Shown here in pieces: positions 1-12,179 of a stretch of 64,000 nucleotides of DNA. The position numbers were made by a program, and so were the translations under genes. The notes under the pieces were generated by a model, which saw only the letters and a list, made by a program, of their open reading frames with translations, ran no database searches and had not been told where the DNA came from. The DNA comes from Antedon mediterranea (Eukaryota > Animalia > Echinodermata), in NCBI RefSeq assembly GCF_964355755.1, contig NC_092674.1:620001-684000 (forward strand). The letters run 5' to 3'. Position 1 is the stretch's first letter, and every line of letters starts with the position of its first letter.

Positions 1-65
1 CTAAAATAAAGTTATTATTTATCATCAAATATTACTACTACTGTACTACTCTTAACACATAGTAC

Positions 66-222
66 CTGATGCCCAATCTTCTCCCTTGTCTCCTGTCTCA
101 TGTTGCCGTAACAACGTGTCTACCTTTCCCTGTACATCATGCCACTGCGATGCTTCTGCTGCTACACTAGGTTTTTCATTTGTTGCCCAAGGATCAACAA
201 AGCCACTTTGTATCATATTCAT
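66..222 (-). CDS. First coding exon of an unidentified gene that continues beyond the left edge (MNMIQSGFVDPWATNEKPSVAAEASQWHDVQGKVDTLLRQHETGDKGEDWAS...)
   Basis: Acceptor ttttgttttaacag precedes the exon start at 235. ATG at 222 opens 52 codons of coding-like composition. Phase-1 donor CAG|gtact at 65. I do not recognise the protein. Confidence 0.7.
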
Positions 223-967
223 AGTCGATCTGGAGCTGTTAAAACAAAAGTTTGTTTGTCTGTTTTTATTGATTTACACCAGAATAAAATAATAAGTACG
301 AAATAATTTGACTGGTTGGCAAATAAGAACTTAATTACAAGCTTACCCAATAATTAGAATTAAAAACAAACTATTAATTAAATGTTAGCAATGATGTATT
401 GTATGCATTACATTTTGACATGTGGGGCGCGCCATACTGTACACAACTTTTCATACCACCGGGTCCGAAATGACCATTGCCGACCCAACATACATCTTTA
501 CTGCGGATCTCCATCCATGGTCCATGATATACCTACCGTGGTTAGATAGTTAGTAGATAGGGCCTAGCATATAATTATTTTATAGAGATATTATCACTAG
601 GCCTATACAGTATCTCTATTGGCCTAGCTAGGCCTACCTAGTAGTATTATTATTAATATTAAACCACCTCAGCATCTTCTAGTGAGTAGGCTTAGCCTAT
701 TATATCTAGCTCAAATATGACACTGTAAACACTAGTAACAGCTACTATTACGTACTAACTAAGCCTAGGCCTAGGCCTAGGCTAGTACTAATATTAATAA
801 TAATATATCCTGTAATTATATAAAGGCTAGCCTAGGCCTAGTAGACTAGGCTAGTAGTAGGTAGTCTTTGTTGTGTTGTCTTACCAAGTAGGCCTACTTT
901 TATAATAATTTTGCCATCTTTCTAGTGTGAACATTTCTTTTCATTTACTCACTCTAGACCTGCCTAC

Positions 968-1035
968 CTTTCGTTATTGCCGTTTTTATCTTCTGGAAAT
1001 TCCAGAATTTCTGGCAGAAGGCGGAAACAACTATA
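968..1035 (-). other. Candidate non-coding first exon / TSS region of the left-edge gene
   Basis: Donor AAG|gtaggc at 967, locally GC-richer, and contains the palindrome TTCTGGAA-A-TTCCAGAA. The TSS is not determinable from sequence. Confidence 0.4.
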
Positions 1036-1082
1036 ATTTCATTTTTTCAGGTTTTTTTGTAGTTAATATGATGCATGGGGGT

Positions 1083-3142
1083 GAGTGTTGACAAAGTGCG
1101 AGGCAGCGAGGCACGCGAGGCAAGCGCGGCATGCCAAATATTTGTGCGAGGCATCATTTTATCATTTCCAAAAGTGCGAGGCATGCGAGGCATATAGTTT
1201 ACAATTTCAAAAAGGTGCGAGGCATATCTTAACGTGCTATTATGCTATATTATAGGCCTAATAATCAATCGATACAAGCGTATCTAAATAGATTCGTGTA
1301 TACACTCATCATGTTGTTTATTTTTATGTAACGATTGTTTTTTTATTCAAGTCATATCGTGTCAAATTTTACTTTTACAAAAGTGCCCAAACTACGGTTC
1401 CAAAATCTGAACGACAGTCTTCAACTTTCGATAAACAATAATTGTTATAGCGACACACTCATCAAATGACTGCAATGTTTGTTGGCATTTCGAGCGTGTT
1501 CACTCACATGTCTCTCGAACATAGCAGAGTGAAAGTAATATTTTGTCACACCCCTGCGCCTAGATCGGGTAGACCCGAGAGATGGAAAATCCCTCTTTAC
1601 TATTTAGCAGGTAGCGGAATGATTCAGCCCTCAGCTAGCTCAGAGGATTGTGGGGCATTCCCCTCCTATAGCACGTGGTTTCAGCAGCAACGCACAGACT
1701 TCTCTCTGAGCGGCGTGCCAAAGACATTTTTGACATTCCATTCTCTAGGAACAACACGTGTACCTCTCTCGCAAATAAGGTGAACAGCGATTGCCAGGAC
1801 AAGTTCAATAACTGGCGGTGAATAAAAGGTAACTGATATGGCGATCCAATAACATGCCGCAAAGAAAAAAATTGCGACAGAATTCTGGAGCGCGTGTGAA
1901 AAAAGACTTACGTCCGACAATTGTAATACTAGGCCTAAAATTAAACTTTAGCTAATATGCTTAGCCCTAACCTAGATAAGAGGCCTATGTAGAAAATAAT
2001 TTAATCAATTTTGATATAATAATAATTGGTGTAATATTTAATAATGATACACTATTCCTGTTTTAGTAAGCTAGGTATATTACGAACGATTTTTATTTAT
2101 TGTTGTCCATGTACGTACTAATAAACCTGGCGCTAGTTTCCTTCGCTTGTATTTTTACTCCAAATTTGATAACTAACTTTATCGTGTGAATACCACACCT
2201 TAGAAGTATACCTCATGAGTACTTTAATGAAAGAATCACATAAAAAGTAACAAATAAATCCTTAAATTAATGATTTTACAGGCGTGTTTCTCGCACACTG
2301 TTCGCGAATTTCACTTATTCAATGTTCAATATTTTTGTTTCTATGGAGCGCCAAAAGAGCAACGATAATAGAGGACTAAAACTCAGTGGAATGCGTCAAT
2401 TTCTCATGCATTTATTGGTGAAAATTTATTTCAATATATTTGTTAATTTGTCAATAAAAATGCTGTAATATGTTACTGCTGATACTGTTCTGTTTTCAAA
2501 GAATAATAATCGATCCTAAATCAACATCACTAACTACCTAGTCTAGACCTAGGGCATCCTACTAAGGATATTATGATGAATTTTTTCTATTTTATTCTTT
2601 AAAAGGTTAACGAAACCGTGTACATTATCAACAGTAACATTTTTCCTTACTGACAGTGACAAAATCTATTGAAATTGTACTTGATTTTCACCAAATAATG
2701 CGTTAAATATAAATGGATTCTACAGAGTTTTTAGCCCTCTAATTAATTTTGCTCTTTTGGCGTTCCATAGAAACCAAAATATTGAACATTGAGTGTGCGA
2801 AATGCGAGAAAAACAACGTCTGTAAAATCACCAATTTAATGGATTTATTGTTACTTTTATGTGATTTTTCTTCATTAAAGTAGGCCTACTAATTCTAAGC
2901 TGTGGTATTCAGGATAAAGTTGGTTAAAATACAAGGCAGGTGCAAAAGGAAACTAGCCTAGCGGGCCTAGGCCTAGGCTACTTCAATTTCGGTGATTTCC
3001 TGCCTTGCAATTTTGAGAAATGATAAAATGATGCCTCGCATTTTTTGATGATGGTAAAACGATGCCTCGCAAAAATTTCTGACTTGCCTCGCATGCCTTC
3101 CCTGCCTCGCGTGCCTCGCTGCCTCGCACTTTGTTACTACCC
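1083..3142. mobile_element. Non-autonomous Mutator-like (MULE) element, about 2.06 kb
   Basis: Long imperfect TIRs (GAGTGTTGACAAAGTGCGAGGCAGCGAGGCACGCGAGGCA... / ...GCCTCGCACTTTGTTACTACCC) built of GCGAGGCA motifs. Exact 9-bp TSD CATGGGGGT at 1074-1082 and 3143-3151. No transposase ORF. Confidence 0.85.
2135..2950. repeat. Internal palindromic module inside the MULE, also present at about 32120-32770
   Basis: Arms at about 2135-2400 and 2710-2950 are reverse complements (e.g. GTTTCTATGGAGCGCCAAAAGAGCAA / TTGCTCTTTTGGCGTTCCATAGAAAC). Confidence 0.8.
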
Positions 3143-6100
3143 CATGGGGGTGGTTGAGGTACGTATATTCATAGCGTGTCATTCTGACGACTGGAGCATT
3201 CTCTACTTCTCTACGGAGCGCCATTTATGCCTTTATTAACTTCAATAATAGAAATAGTACTACGGTAACTGCTCAAGTGGACTCAATTTAGCACCAGGGT
3301 AGCACAGTGATATAAAATAGAAATAAAAGTCACTACTTTTAATATCGTTTCGTATATACCCATATCACAAACTGACAAACAGAAACATCTTGGCATTCAC
3401 ATTGATTCAAATTTATCTTTTTCTTTTCATGTAAATAAACTCCCTTCCATTGTTCATCTCCATCTTATCGCGTGCTCGGTCATTTCATTAATAAATTATT
3501 AATTATTTATTTATTCTGCCATAAAATTTTATTCACAACATATTAGTAGGCCTACAATACATTATCTTGCATGAAACGGATAAAACGGTTGAATTATAAT
3601 TATAATGTAAAAGAATAACAAAATAAAAATTGAACAGTGTTGAGTGTTGATCGCGAATAAGTAACAATACCATCTTTCCCCCAGCACATGTGCACACTCA
3701 TTTGCATAACAAACGCACGACATACCAAACTACGATGAGATAAAATTAATTCACTTCTAAACACGTAACGTGACTTAAACTCAACTTTCATCTCCCTACC
3801 ATCTATGTCTGCTGCCACCTAACGGCGTACGTACGTATTAAACAGACTACACTGGGGAAACGCCCACTCTTCCAAAAAATGCTATTTATAGAGTTATTTA
3901 AAGCTCACATATGAAACAGAAGCGTACAGGTAAATATACTGTGTTTTCGAATGGATTATTGTATTTGAATAAACCACCGATTAGCAGTCAAAATTCTGTA
4001 ATCAGCGGTGGTGGTCGGTGCATCATATCACAGACGCGCAAAACAAAAGATCTGAGTTAAATGCACTTAAATCGTTCTGATAAACTTCACATGACCTCTT
4101 GTTATCCAATATCTTTACCAAATTATCATGCCTTTAATTCATATAATTGACGTCTTCTAGATAGACCCACTTTTTTAAATTGACTTGCTATATTTATATA
4201 TTGATATCAACATTGTTTCTGATTTAACGAATTAGCAATAATTGGCAGAGTCTTAATAACATTACGGAAACACAAGTTGTCAACATCTTATTGGTGATAA
4301 AATGAATGAGTTCCAATTAGATCTATCAATTAACAACATCAGAAAACCATTCGTAACATGAAATAAGATTTTCAATTGAAAGTGGTGAAATGAATGAAAA
4401 AGAATACGAGAATCAGACGATACTAAAAGAGGCCAAAAATAAACATACCATTTGACCCGAGTTCCAAAAAAAAAAATGCATGAAACGCCATACCACCACG
4501 AAAGTGTAGACTGAATAAAGGTTGATGTCTCTTCTCAATAAGTAAATAAAAAGCGCGCGTACATATTGTTATAGATGTATTGGAATATTTATACCTCTCA
4601 CTAAGTATAAATACTTTGTTTTCAATAAATAATAGTTGTACTGTATCATTCCTGCTGCTGGCAATTAGAACGTATTGTGAGATGACGAGATTTATAGACT
4701 CAAGTTTAGCAACATGTCGAGTATAATTGTCATTATACTGTTTTGACAATCAGACATGTAGATTGTGACATTGTGTTTACAATCAGTGAGTAATTTACGG
4801 AACGCATTCTGGACAAATCAAAGAAAGGTGTGAATAAATAGATTGATAACTTGATTACTATCAACTGACATTTAAGGATATAAAAATAGGATGAGACACA
4901 AACATGACACGCGCGTTTAAATGATGATGATTTAATGACACGCGTCACGCGACTACGCAGCTATCGAGTAAAAGAAGTTATGCGCGCGCACAGAAATACA
5001 TGCGCAGAATGATTTTTAGACTCAATAGTTGCAAAGTCGCCTGGCATGTCGAGACACCAACACACTTATCCGTATTTGAACACAAATAGCGAGTTTGGAA
5101 AAACATGGTTGTCAAATCAACTAGTGTTCAATCGCTCTGTTCAAGAACGAGTTTCATAATAATTTTGAACCAATCACAAACTAGTAATGACTTTTATTTT
5201 CTCAGCGTATATTTACATTATGCACTCATTACTATTCAATCATTGTTAATACTCTATAATATAAGAAAATAATTCATTATACGCATAAAACAGATAACAC
5301 ATAACGAAAATAGTAGTTTTCTGTATCAATATAATATATTTATATAATAGTATTATTTCAAAAAAATAACACTAATAAATTAGGAAAAAATAATAAAAGT
5401 AACAGTATTTTTTAATCTTGTCTATCGATTGAATATTGTTGTTTATCATTGACTATAACACTAGGCTAATTGGTTTTCTACAGTCAGAACGATTTAATGG
5501 ATATTCTATCTTTGATGATGAACAAGAAATTATCAAATTCTGTACTTTTCATTTAATACTTTTAATCATTTGAAAATAAATACAATTTTGGAAAATAACA
5601 TATAGTTACACTGTCTTATTAGCTCCATGGCGTGCCTTGTTAGATTGGCTTTATTTAATACTGAAGTGCGCGCGGTTATGTCAAAGTTCATGACATACAA
5701 ACACAACCAGCACATACAGATATGACGTCACCTACAGTAATAATATACTTGGATAATTTAATTGATATTTCATAAACATTGTTTAAATTTACCAAATTAT
5801 TTTACATTTGAAAATTGATTGATTCCAAACATTGGGCCTGCTTGATTCCTCTCTGGACGGAATAGTCGCTATTAGTCCGGATAGTCACATTAGTTACGGT
5901 ACCGTAACCCAGTAACCTGTCACGTAGACGTCACAACGATTACTCCAAATACGGAATTTAATCTAAATTTTACACAATCAAGATGGTTAGAAACGAATAT
6001 TAAACGAAATTATTTATAAACTGGATGCATACTTATCATTAAATGAGTTTGAAATATCTGACAATTTTTCAAGATAAAAAATAATTGATACTATTTTGTT

Positions 6101-6363
6101 CTAAAATACAATAATCATATATTAATATTGTAAAAAATAAATCAGTGAACAAGGTGTTCACAATTTCCATTTGGCGGTATGAAAACCATACTTCTACCGA
6201 CTTTAAGAAAAATAAGTCTATCTAAGTTGTTGATTTCATCACTAAACATTATAGCTCCAATTTTGTTGAGGCTCCTCTGATCTTGTACCGAAGTGGAGTG
6301 ATCTAAAGCAAGGCACGTTTTTCGTTAGGACACTCGGAACTTGTCTAAATTTAAGAAGTGATG

Positions 6364-7362
6364 TTACATGTCTGCCCAAGTCGCTGCTCTTTTTCCAAAA
6401 TACAGACCTTTATGAAGAGCTGCTGGCGGGAACCTTCTCACTGATGTTTTTGGATCCGCTGAACGTTTGGTTTCGGTTTGCACGTTTTCTTCTTCATCTT
6501 CATAATCCGGTACAGATGACATCCTCTTGCCTGCTCCGAAGTTATCCCAAATGTTAGAAGGTGTTTTACCGTTTCCAGGATATACTGGACGCTGAAACTT
6601 AGCTTTTCTCTTTACACTTGAACTAGATTCCAATTCTTGCAACTCCGAAACTTCAGCTTGATTTGGTATATCAGTGTCATCGTAAATCACATTATTCATG
6701 TTGTCTTCTATCCTTTCTCGGTTTCCATCACTTAGAACATAATGTTTACCTTCATGTTCTACTTTGTTATCATAGTAATTGTTTCCCATATGTCGTTGAA
6801 CGTCATTTTCTCCCAATTCTCTTCGGCCCATAATGAAATCACTTATACGTGGATCTCGTTTTCCCATTATATAATCCGATAAGCGTGCTTCTCTTTTGCC
6901 CATCATAAAATCGCCTAGTGCATCTCTTTTACCAAACGTAAAGTCACTAAAGCCTGGATCTCTCTTTCCTAGCATAAGGTCGCTCAGTCGCGGATCTCTC
7001 TTTCCTAGCATGAGATCGCTCAGTCGCGGATCTCTCTTTCCAAGCATAAGATCACTCAGTCTGGGATCTCGTTTTCCTAACATCAGGTCACTTAATCGAG
7101 GATTTCTCTTTCCGAGCATGTAACTACTAAAGCTTGGATCTCTCTTACCCAACATAAACTCACTTAAAGCTGGATTTCTTTTTGATGCCAAATGTGCAAC
7201 TGCAGGATCACGAAATTGATCTTCAAGTTGGTAACCATTCGCTGGAACTCTTTTTCCAAAGTATAGACCTCGATGTAAGACTGGTAATGCTCTAATCCAG
7301 TTGTTTATTGGTTCTGAACTAGTATTAGCCTTCTTTGATGGAACACCTCCGCCATGTGGTCT
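6364..7362 (-). CDS. SALMFa: SALMFamide precursor, last coding exon (all mature peptides)
   Basis: Acceptor ttttacag|AGA CCA CAT. 999 nt open to TAA at 6364-6366, in frame with the supplied ORF 6364..7191. Confidence 0.95.
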   Translation of the reverse strand, partial: RPHGGGVPSKKANTSSEPINNWIRALPVLHRGLYFGKRVPANGYQLEDQFRDPAVAHLASKRNPALSEFMLGKRDPSFSSYMLGKRNPRLSDLMLGKRDPRLSDLMLGKRDPRLSDLMLGKRDPRLSDLMLGKRDPGFSDFTFGKRDALGDFMMGKREARLSDYIMGKRDPRISDFIMGRRELGENDVQRHMGNNYYDNKVEHEGKHYVLSDGNRERIEDNMNNVIYDDTDIPNQAEVSELQELESSSSVKRKAKFQRPVYPGNGKTPSNIWDNFGAGKRMSSVPDYEDEEENVQTETKRSADPKTSVRRFPPAALHKGLYFGKRAATWADM

Positions 7363-8235
7363 CTGTAAAAGATCATCAACATGTTAGGAAAATGTGGTTT
7401 TTTTTAACCATGTGAACAGTAATATGTAGTCTTACATTCTTATGATTTTAAGCTACGTTCACATATAGAGCAGGGCTACGTTAGGGTAGAGTACGCTTTG
7501 TATGGAATAAGTGTGAACGGTTCAATTCTAAAACACGATATCGATTTTGTAAAAGGCCACTAGAACGGAATCCGGGCTCAATGTGAACGGACTATTAAAG
7601 ATTTAGACAAACATAATTAAAAGAAAGTTCATTATAAATTCATTGACTTTTAATTTAGCGGCAAGCTGTCTTATTTCATGTTTGCTTTCGTAACCCACGA
7701 ATGTTGTTTTGATAATTTTAAATATCAAGACATTAATTAGCCTATAACTTGAATACCAAACACTCTCCGTGGGCTAGTATCGGATTCGTTTCAAAGACTA
7801 TTGCGGCGCCTCTAGGGGACTTAATGATACTATATATTATTCTTTTATTTAATAAAATTATTACCAATATTGCTACTGCAACCTTGTTATTATTTTTAAC
7901 TTAGGCATGTTATTTTAAATATTCAGCAGGGAGTTTAATAAATTGCAAACATTGGCGAAACTGTCTACACTATGCCATTTTAATCCGGGCTAGAAAATGT
8001 AAAACGTCTCAACATGAACACATTGAGTCGTGGTTAGAACAGTCAACTACTTTTTTCCAATAATTATGGAATTTGGGTGTCAAGATTGTACTTTGTTTTG
8101 AAGACAGAATACAATACTTACATTATAACGAACACCTCCCTCTCGAATGTTGTCACCTGTATGACCCTGTGCCAATAACGAGTGCTGGAAAAGGAACCAT
8201 GTCAACAGGAGGTACAAGGGGGGCTGACTGAACAT
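6364..8235 (-). CDS. SALMFa: SALMFamide neuropeptide precursor (crinoid type), 370 aa, join(8235..8122, 7362..6364)
   Basis: Signal peptide MFSQPPLYLLLTWFLFQHSLLAQG and canonical phase-0 GT-AG intron. 14 Gly-extended peptides flanked by basic sites: ...ALPVLHRGLYFa, NPALSEFMLa, DPSFSSYMLa, NPRLSDLMLa, DPRLSDLMLa x3, DPGFSDFTFa, DALGDFMMa, EARLSDYIMa, DPRISDFIMa, AKFQRPVYPGNa, TPSNIWDNFGAa, FPPAALHKGLYFa. Matches my recollection of the Antedon SALMFamide precursor. Confidence 0.95.
8122..8235 (-). CDS. SALMFa: SALMFamide precursor, signal-peptide exon (38 aa)
   Basis: ttctcttttccag|ATG TTC AGT ... TAT AAT|gtaagt. The ATG directly follows an acceptor, so an upstream non-coding exon must exist. 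Confidence 0.93.
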
Positions 8236-9597
8236 CTGGAAAAGAGAAGACATTTTGAGTAAAGTCCAAATGTTAGGTGTTTCAAAACATTAACAAATGT
8301 ACATGCCTATTGTATTAAGACCATAGAATAGCACGTCATTTTAAAATATGCATCCTCGCATGTGGAGTATGTGAAAATAAAGAATTGAATTAAAATATAG
8401 GTATATTGAAACATTCTAAATACATTATAAACACTAAATATTCTCTACAAGGAATGTAATTACTGTTCTTTGAAAAAAGTCCATATAGTGTGATAATCGA
8501 CCTTATAATGAACACAGACTGTTTACAAAGTAATTCGACAACCTAAGTCTTAGCGTATTACAACGTTTGTAATTTCCTTACTACGGAAAATACATCATTA
8601 AGTCAATTGTTGGACAAACTCGTTTGTAAAATTGTCTCTCCATACCTAACAGACCACTTCCGGTCACTTACATTATAATAGTTCATTAATTGCGTTAATG
8701 TACCATCTTGTATATAGCTACAGAGAGACTTAACTAAATGCACTGAATGATCACAATTGTTAACAGTCTTGAATAATTAAATTTCCTTATAATAGTGAAA
8801 ACACAGAAACTAAAAACACAATGCTATGGGCAACAGTCGTATGGATTAAATACCAAATAAACAATTCAATCAAAACGTAATATAAGCTTTCAGAAAAAAA
8901 AAATACAGTTAATTCGTCAGGTTTAGTGGGAGCGTTGTGTTATTTAGCTGCCTATATAAACCGGACTGAGCCCAACCCAATTAGGTTATAACAATTCCAA
9001 CGATCTACATCTTATTTATCCAAACATCGAGAGAAGGGTCTCTGTTTGTATAACCTTCTTTGCAACGTATTGGGGGATATTTAAACATTTAATTGTCCTT
9101 AGAAAACGAAAATGATATTTTGAGCATCAACTTCTCCGAAACAGAGGATGGAATTCGAATGTAAACGATTGAAACTCTCACATTTGATGTTCATATTCTT
9201 TCGACGTGTTATGTTCATTATTAACTCACACACAATAATCCATACCAATGCTTAAAACCAGCAGCCTAATACCTTATTTATGCCAAGTACTTAATTTATC
9301 TCGTAAAACTATACGCGAATAAGCTTGCATGTACCATGTGACCACCTTCTCAAGAAAAGAATGGATAACATTAATTGAGCCTATGAATGGAATTGAAAGA
9401 AACGGCAGATAACAAATCAGCATTGTCACTAATTGCAAAATATTTTTCAACTTATAAAGAGAGAATTATGATAAATAAAGGACATGTTAACTATGATATG
9501 CATTCTAAAGCCTCACGCTCGAGTGGAAATCAATAAACATCACAAGTATATTACTTTTTATATAAATACACATAGAATAGTGAGGATCTAAAAAAAA

Positions 9598-9840
9598 GAG
9601 TATTAATATACTCGAATTGTACACGAATATACTCGATCTGTACACGAATATACTCGATCTGTACACGAATCGACTGCTCATCTGGGCCCAAGAGTATTAA
9701 TATACTCGATCTGTACACGAATATACTCGATCTGTACACGAATATACTCGATCTGTACACTGAATCGACTGCTCCATCCGGCCCAAGAATATTAATATAC
9801 TCGATCTGTACACTGAATCGACTGTTCCATCTGGGCCCAA
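9598..9840. repeat. 21-bp minisatellite (ATATACTCGATCTGTACACGA) with higher-order units
   Basis: Units occur in groups of 3, 3 and 1, each group closed by ATCGACTG...GGCCCAA. This explains ORFs 9551..9925 and 9697..9882. Confidence 0.9.
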
Positions 9841-10619
9841 CTGATGCATGTTCAATATCAAACAAACTGCCGTAATGTCCATTCATTATGAATATTATTA
9901 CAAAATTATAAAAATGACTAATCATAAAATCAAAATTACTTATTATGATTATGCAATAACTTAATCAACAGATAACTAATAACTACACTGTACTCTTTCT
10001 AGCGATATTAAAACTTCAAATGAACGCAATTTAACTATGGGGCAAATCGATTTCTGGCACCTCTTAAATTTGTAATGTATTTCAACATGTTTTTTTAACA
10101 ATGCCGGTCTGATGAATAGTTTCGGCCTATATAAATTTATAAATAAAAACAAAATCGATTTTGAGCAGGTGACGGAGAGACACACTCCAGTTGATTAACT
10201 AAGATAACATGATAGCATTAAAATAGATGAAAAGATAATACACTAGTACAATATACAACAACCCACATAGGCCTAATACCACAGTGGCGCGAATAAGTCA
10301 ACGCGCGCGTATAAAAGTCCTTACGATCAGTCGCGCGTATTAATTTATCACTTTTTGTGATATCAGGCTGCTGGATGACCATGACGTTATTTACTTTTGA
10401 TATACTGTAGCAGACTATCAGATTACAGAAATAAACTTAAAGCATATCACTTTACCATTCTCAATTTTTATGTATTAATAAACTATTGTTCAAAATGGGT
10501 TTGGAAAGGAATACCGATTCTAGTCTAGCATTACTCAACAATAATGTAGTCAAAGGAAACGTTGAGCAACGAAACGTTGAGCAACTACGAGGTGTAAAAC
10601 ATTGCCTAAATAATTATAG

Positions 10620-10721
10620 TCTGGAGGACCAAACTTAAATCTGGAAGACCAAACTTAAAGCATTGGCGTCCTCCTCACACAATTATATTATATTGTGTGA
10701 AACAATAAACTTGAACTTGAA
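10620..10721 (+). mobile_element. LINE/SINE 3'-end fragment with (CTTGAA)n tail; related copy at about 58882-58982
   Basis: Shared TCTGGAGGACCAAACTTAAAG...GCGTCCT...CACACAAT...TTGTGTGAAAC, followed by AATAAA and an ACTTGA repeat. Confidence 0.6.
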
Positions 10722-12036
10722 ATAGTAATGTTGATTATTTACCCTGTAAAATTAATATTAATCATTCGATTTGTTGAAAAGTCTCATTATCATTTGAACT
10801 TCCAAAGAAGGCAATGGAAATATATTGAGATGGTTCATATCATAGCATATCAGACGTACGAAACATACCACGCGTAAATGATTTACTTTACATTTTGAAA
10901 ATCAAATACACGTTATATAAGCGGAAAATAGTTTCTATTTATACATTAAATAGTAATTGATGTTGCATCTGATGTTTTATACAAATTATTATTTCTATCC
11001 TTTTATTGGATGTGTTCCATTATCATAAACATTTCATTTGTATCTGAATGTTTCAGTAGTAAAAACGTAAAGACTGACAGACTGGAATTACAGCTGTAAT
11101 TTTTCGTATATTCCATTGCATTAAAAAATGTCATAAGCTTTTTTTTATATGAATTATTGATCGAATTGTCTCTGATGACGTGTTATGATTCTAACTTTCA
11201 TGTCAATGTCTTCAGTATTAATTCTATATTATCTTTTCACATATCTGTACAAATAAAGGAATAAACATATTTGAGAATAATGTTTGTCGTTTAAGGTGTG
11301 ACAGGCATGTTAGCATTCTACGTGGTTTGTTTGTAGTACGCTTTGATTTAATCACAGAATAATAAAACAGCTAAAAACATCTTCTCATTATAAAAACATA
11401 TTATTTTTGTTTTAAATGTCATGGAGATTGGTATAAACATAACATACTTCTTTTTTTTACATTTTTTCCAAAGATCAAACTGCTTTACCAGGACAGGAAC
11501 ATTACTATATTTCGAAAAAAGGGAGTTTTTATGTAACTTTATGTTAAACTTGTCACCGACTAATGGTTAAACAATTGTTAAATAAAGGATAAATCAATAC
11601 TGTAGACATTCAATAAAGATATCAATTTGGCACTGGTCTTTTAAACGTACAGTACAACTTTTGACAAAGTGCATGAACGTTTGAGTTCAGCCAGCAACTC
11701 TAGATGTACACTCATTGCATCAAAATTGAATAAAGTTTAGTATTATAAATTATCTATCTGAATAAGCCATCACTGTCAAATCTATCAGGGCTGCGAATAA
11801 CGTTGATTTAATGGGATTACGGTGAGATTTTTATTTTCACATCCACTTTCGCATCATGATGAATGTGCGCAATACAAGTTTAAAAAATCACTACAAAAAG
11901 TAGGTCTACAATTATATCAACAATTTCCTTTAATAAAGACGAAAAACTACAATGTAAAACATAATCAATTTCCATTTTTTAATTTATTATTTAATTACGT
12001 TTTATAGTACTTATCCTAATGTTGTTATTTATCTTA

Positions 12037-12179
12037 AGCTTTGTCTACACTAGCAAACCAGTTTGACAAAAAAAGTATTATGTGCCCAAATATGGTGGTG
12101 ATATGACATCCTCATGTCCATTATTATATGGGCACATCACATTTTCGGTCATATAAAGTTTTCTAGTGTAAACAGAGCT
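12037..12179. mobile_element. PIF/Harbinger-like MITE, family A
   Basis: TIR AGCT(T/C)TGTCTACACTA / TAGTGTA(G/A)ACAGAGCT, TTA TSD, internal GTGCCCAAATATGG...GGGCACATCAC. Several copies in the window. Confidence 0.75.

Noticed and set aside
991-1019. Heat-shock element at the left gene's 5' end
   Set aside because: GAA/TTC spacing alternates 2 and 1 nt rather than forming contiguous nGAAn pentamers; only a palindrome is supported.
6896-7123. Plus-strand ORF with RSLSRGSLFPS repeats
   Set aside because: It is the antisense shadow of the SALMFamide repeat units.
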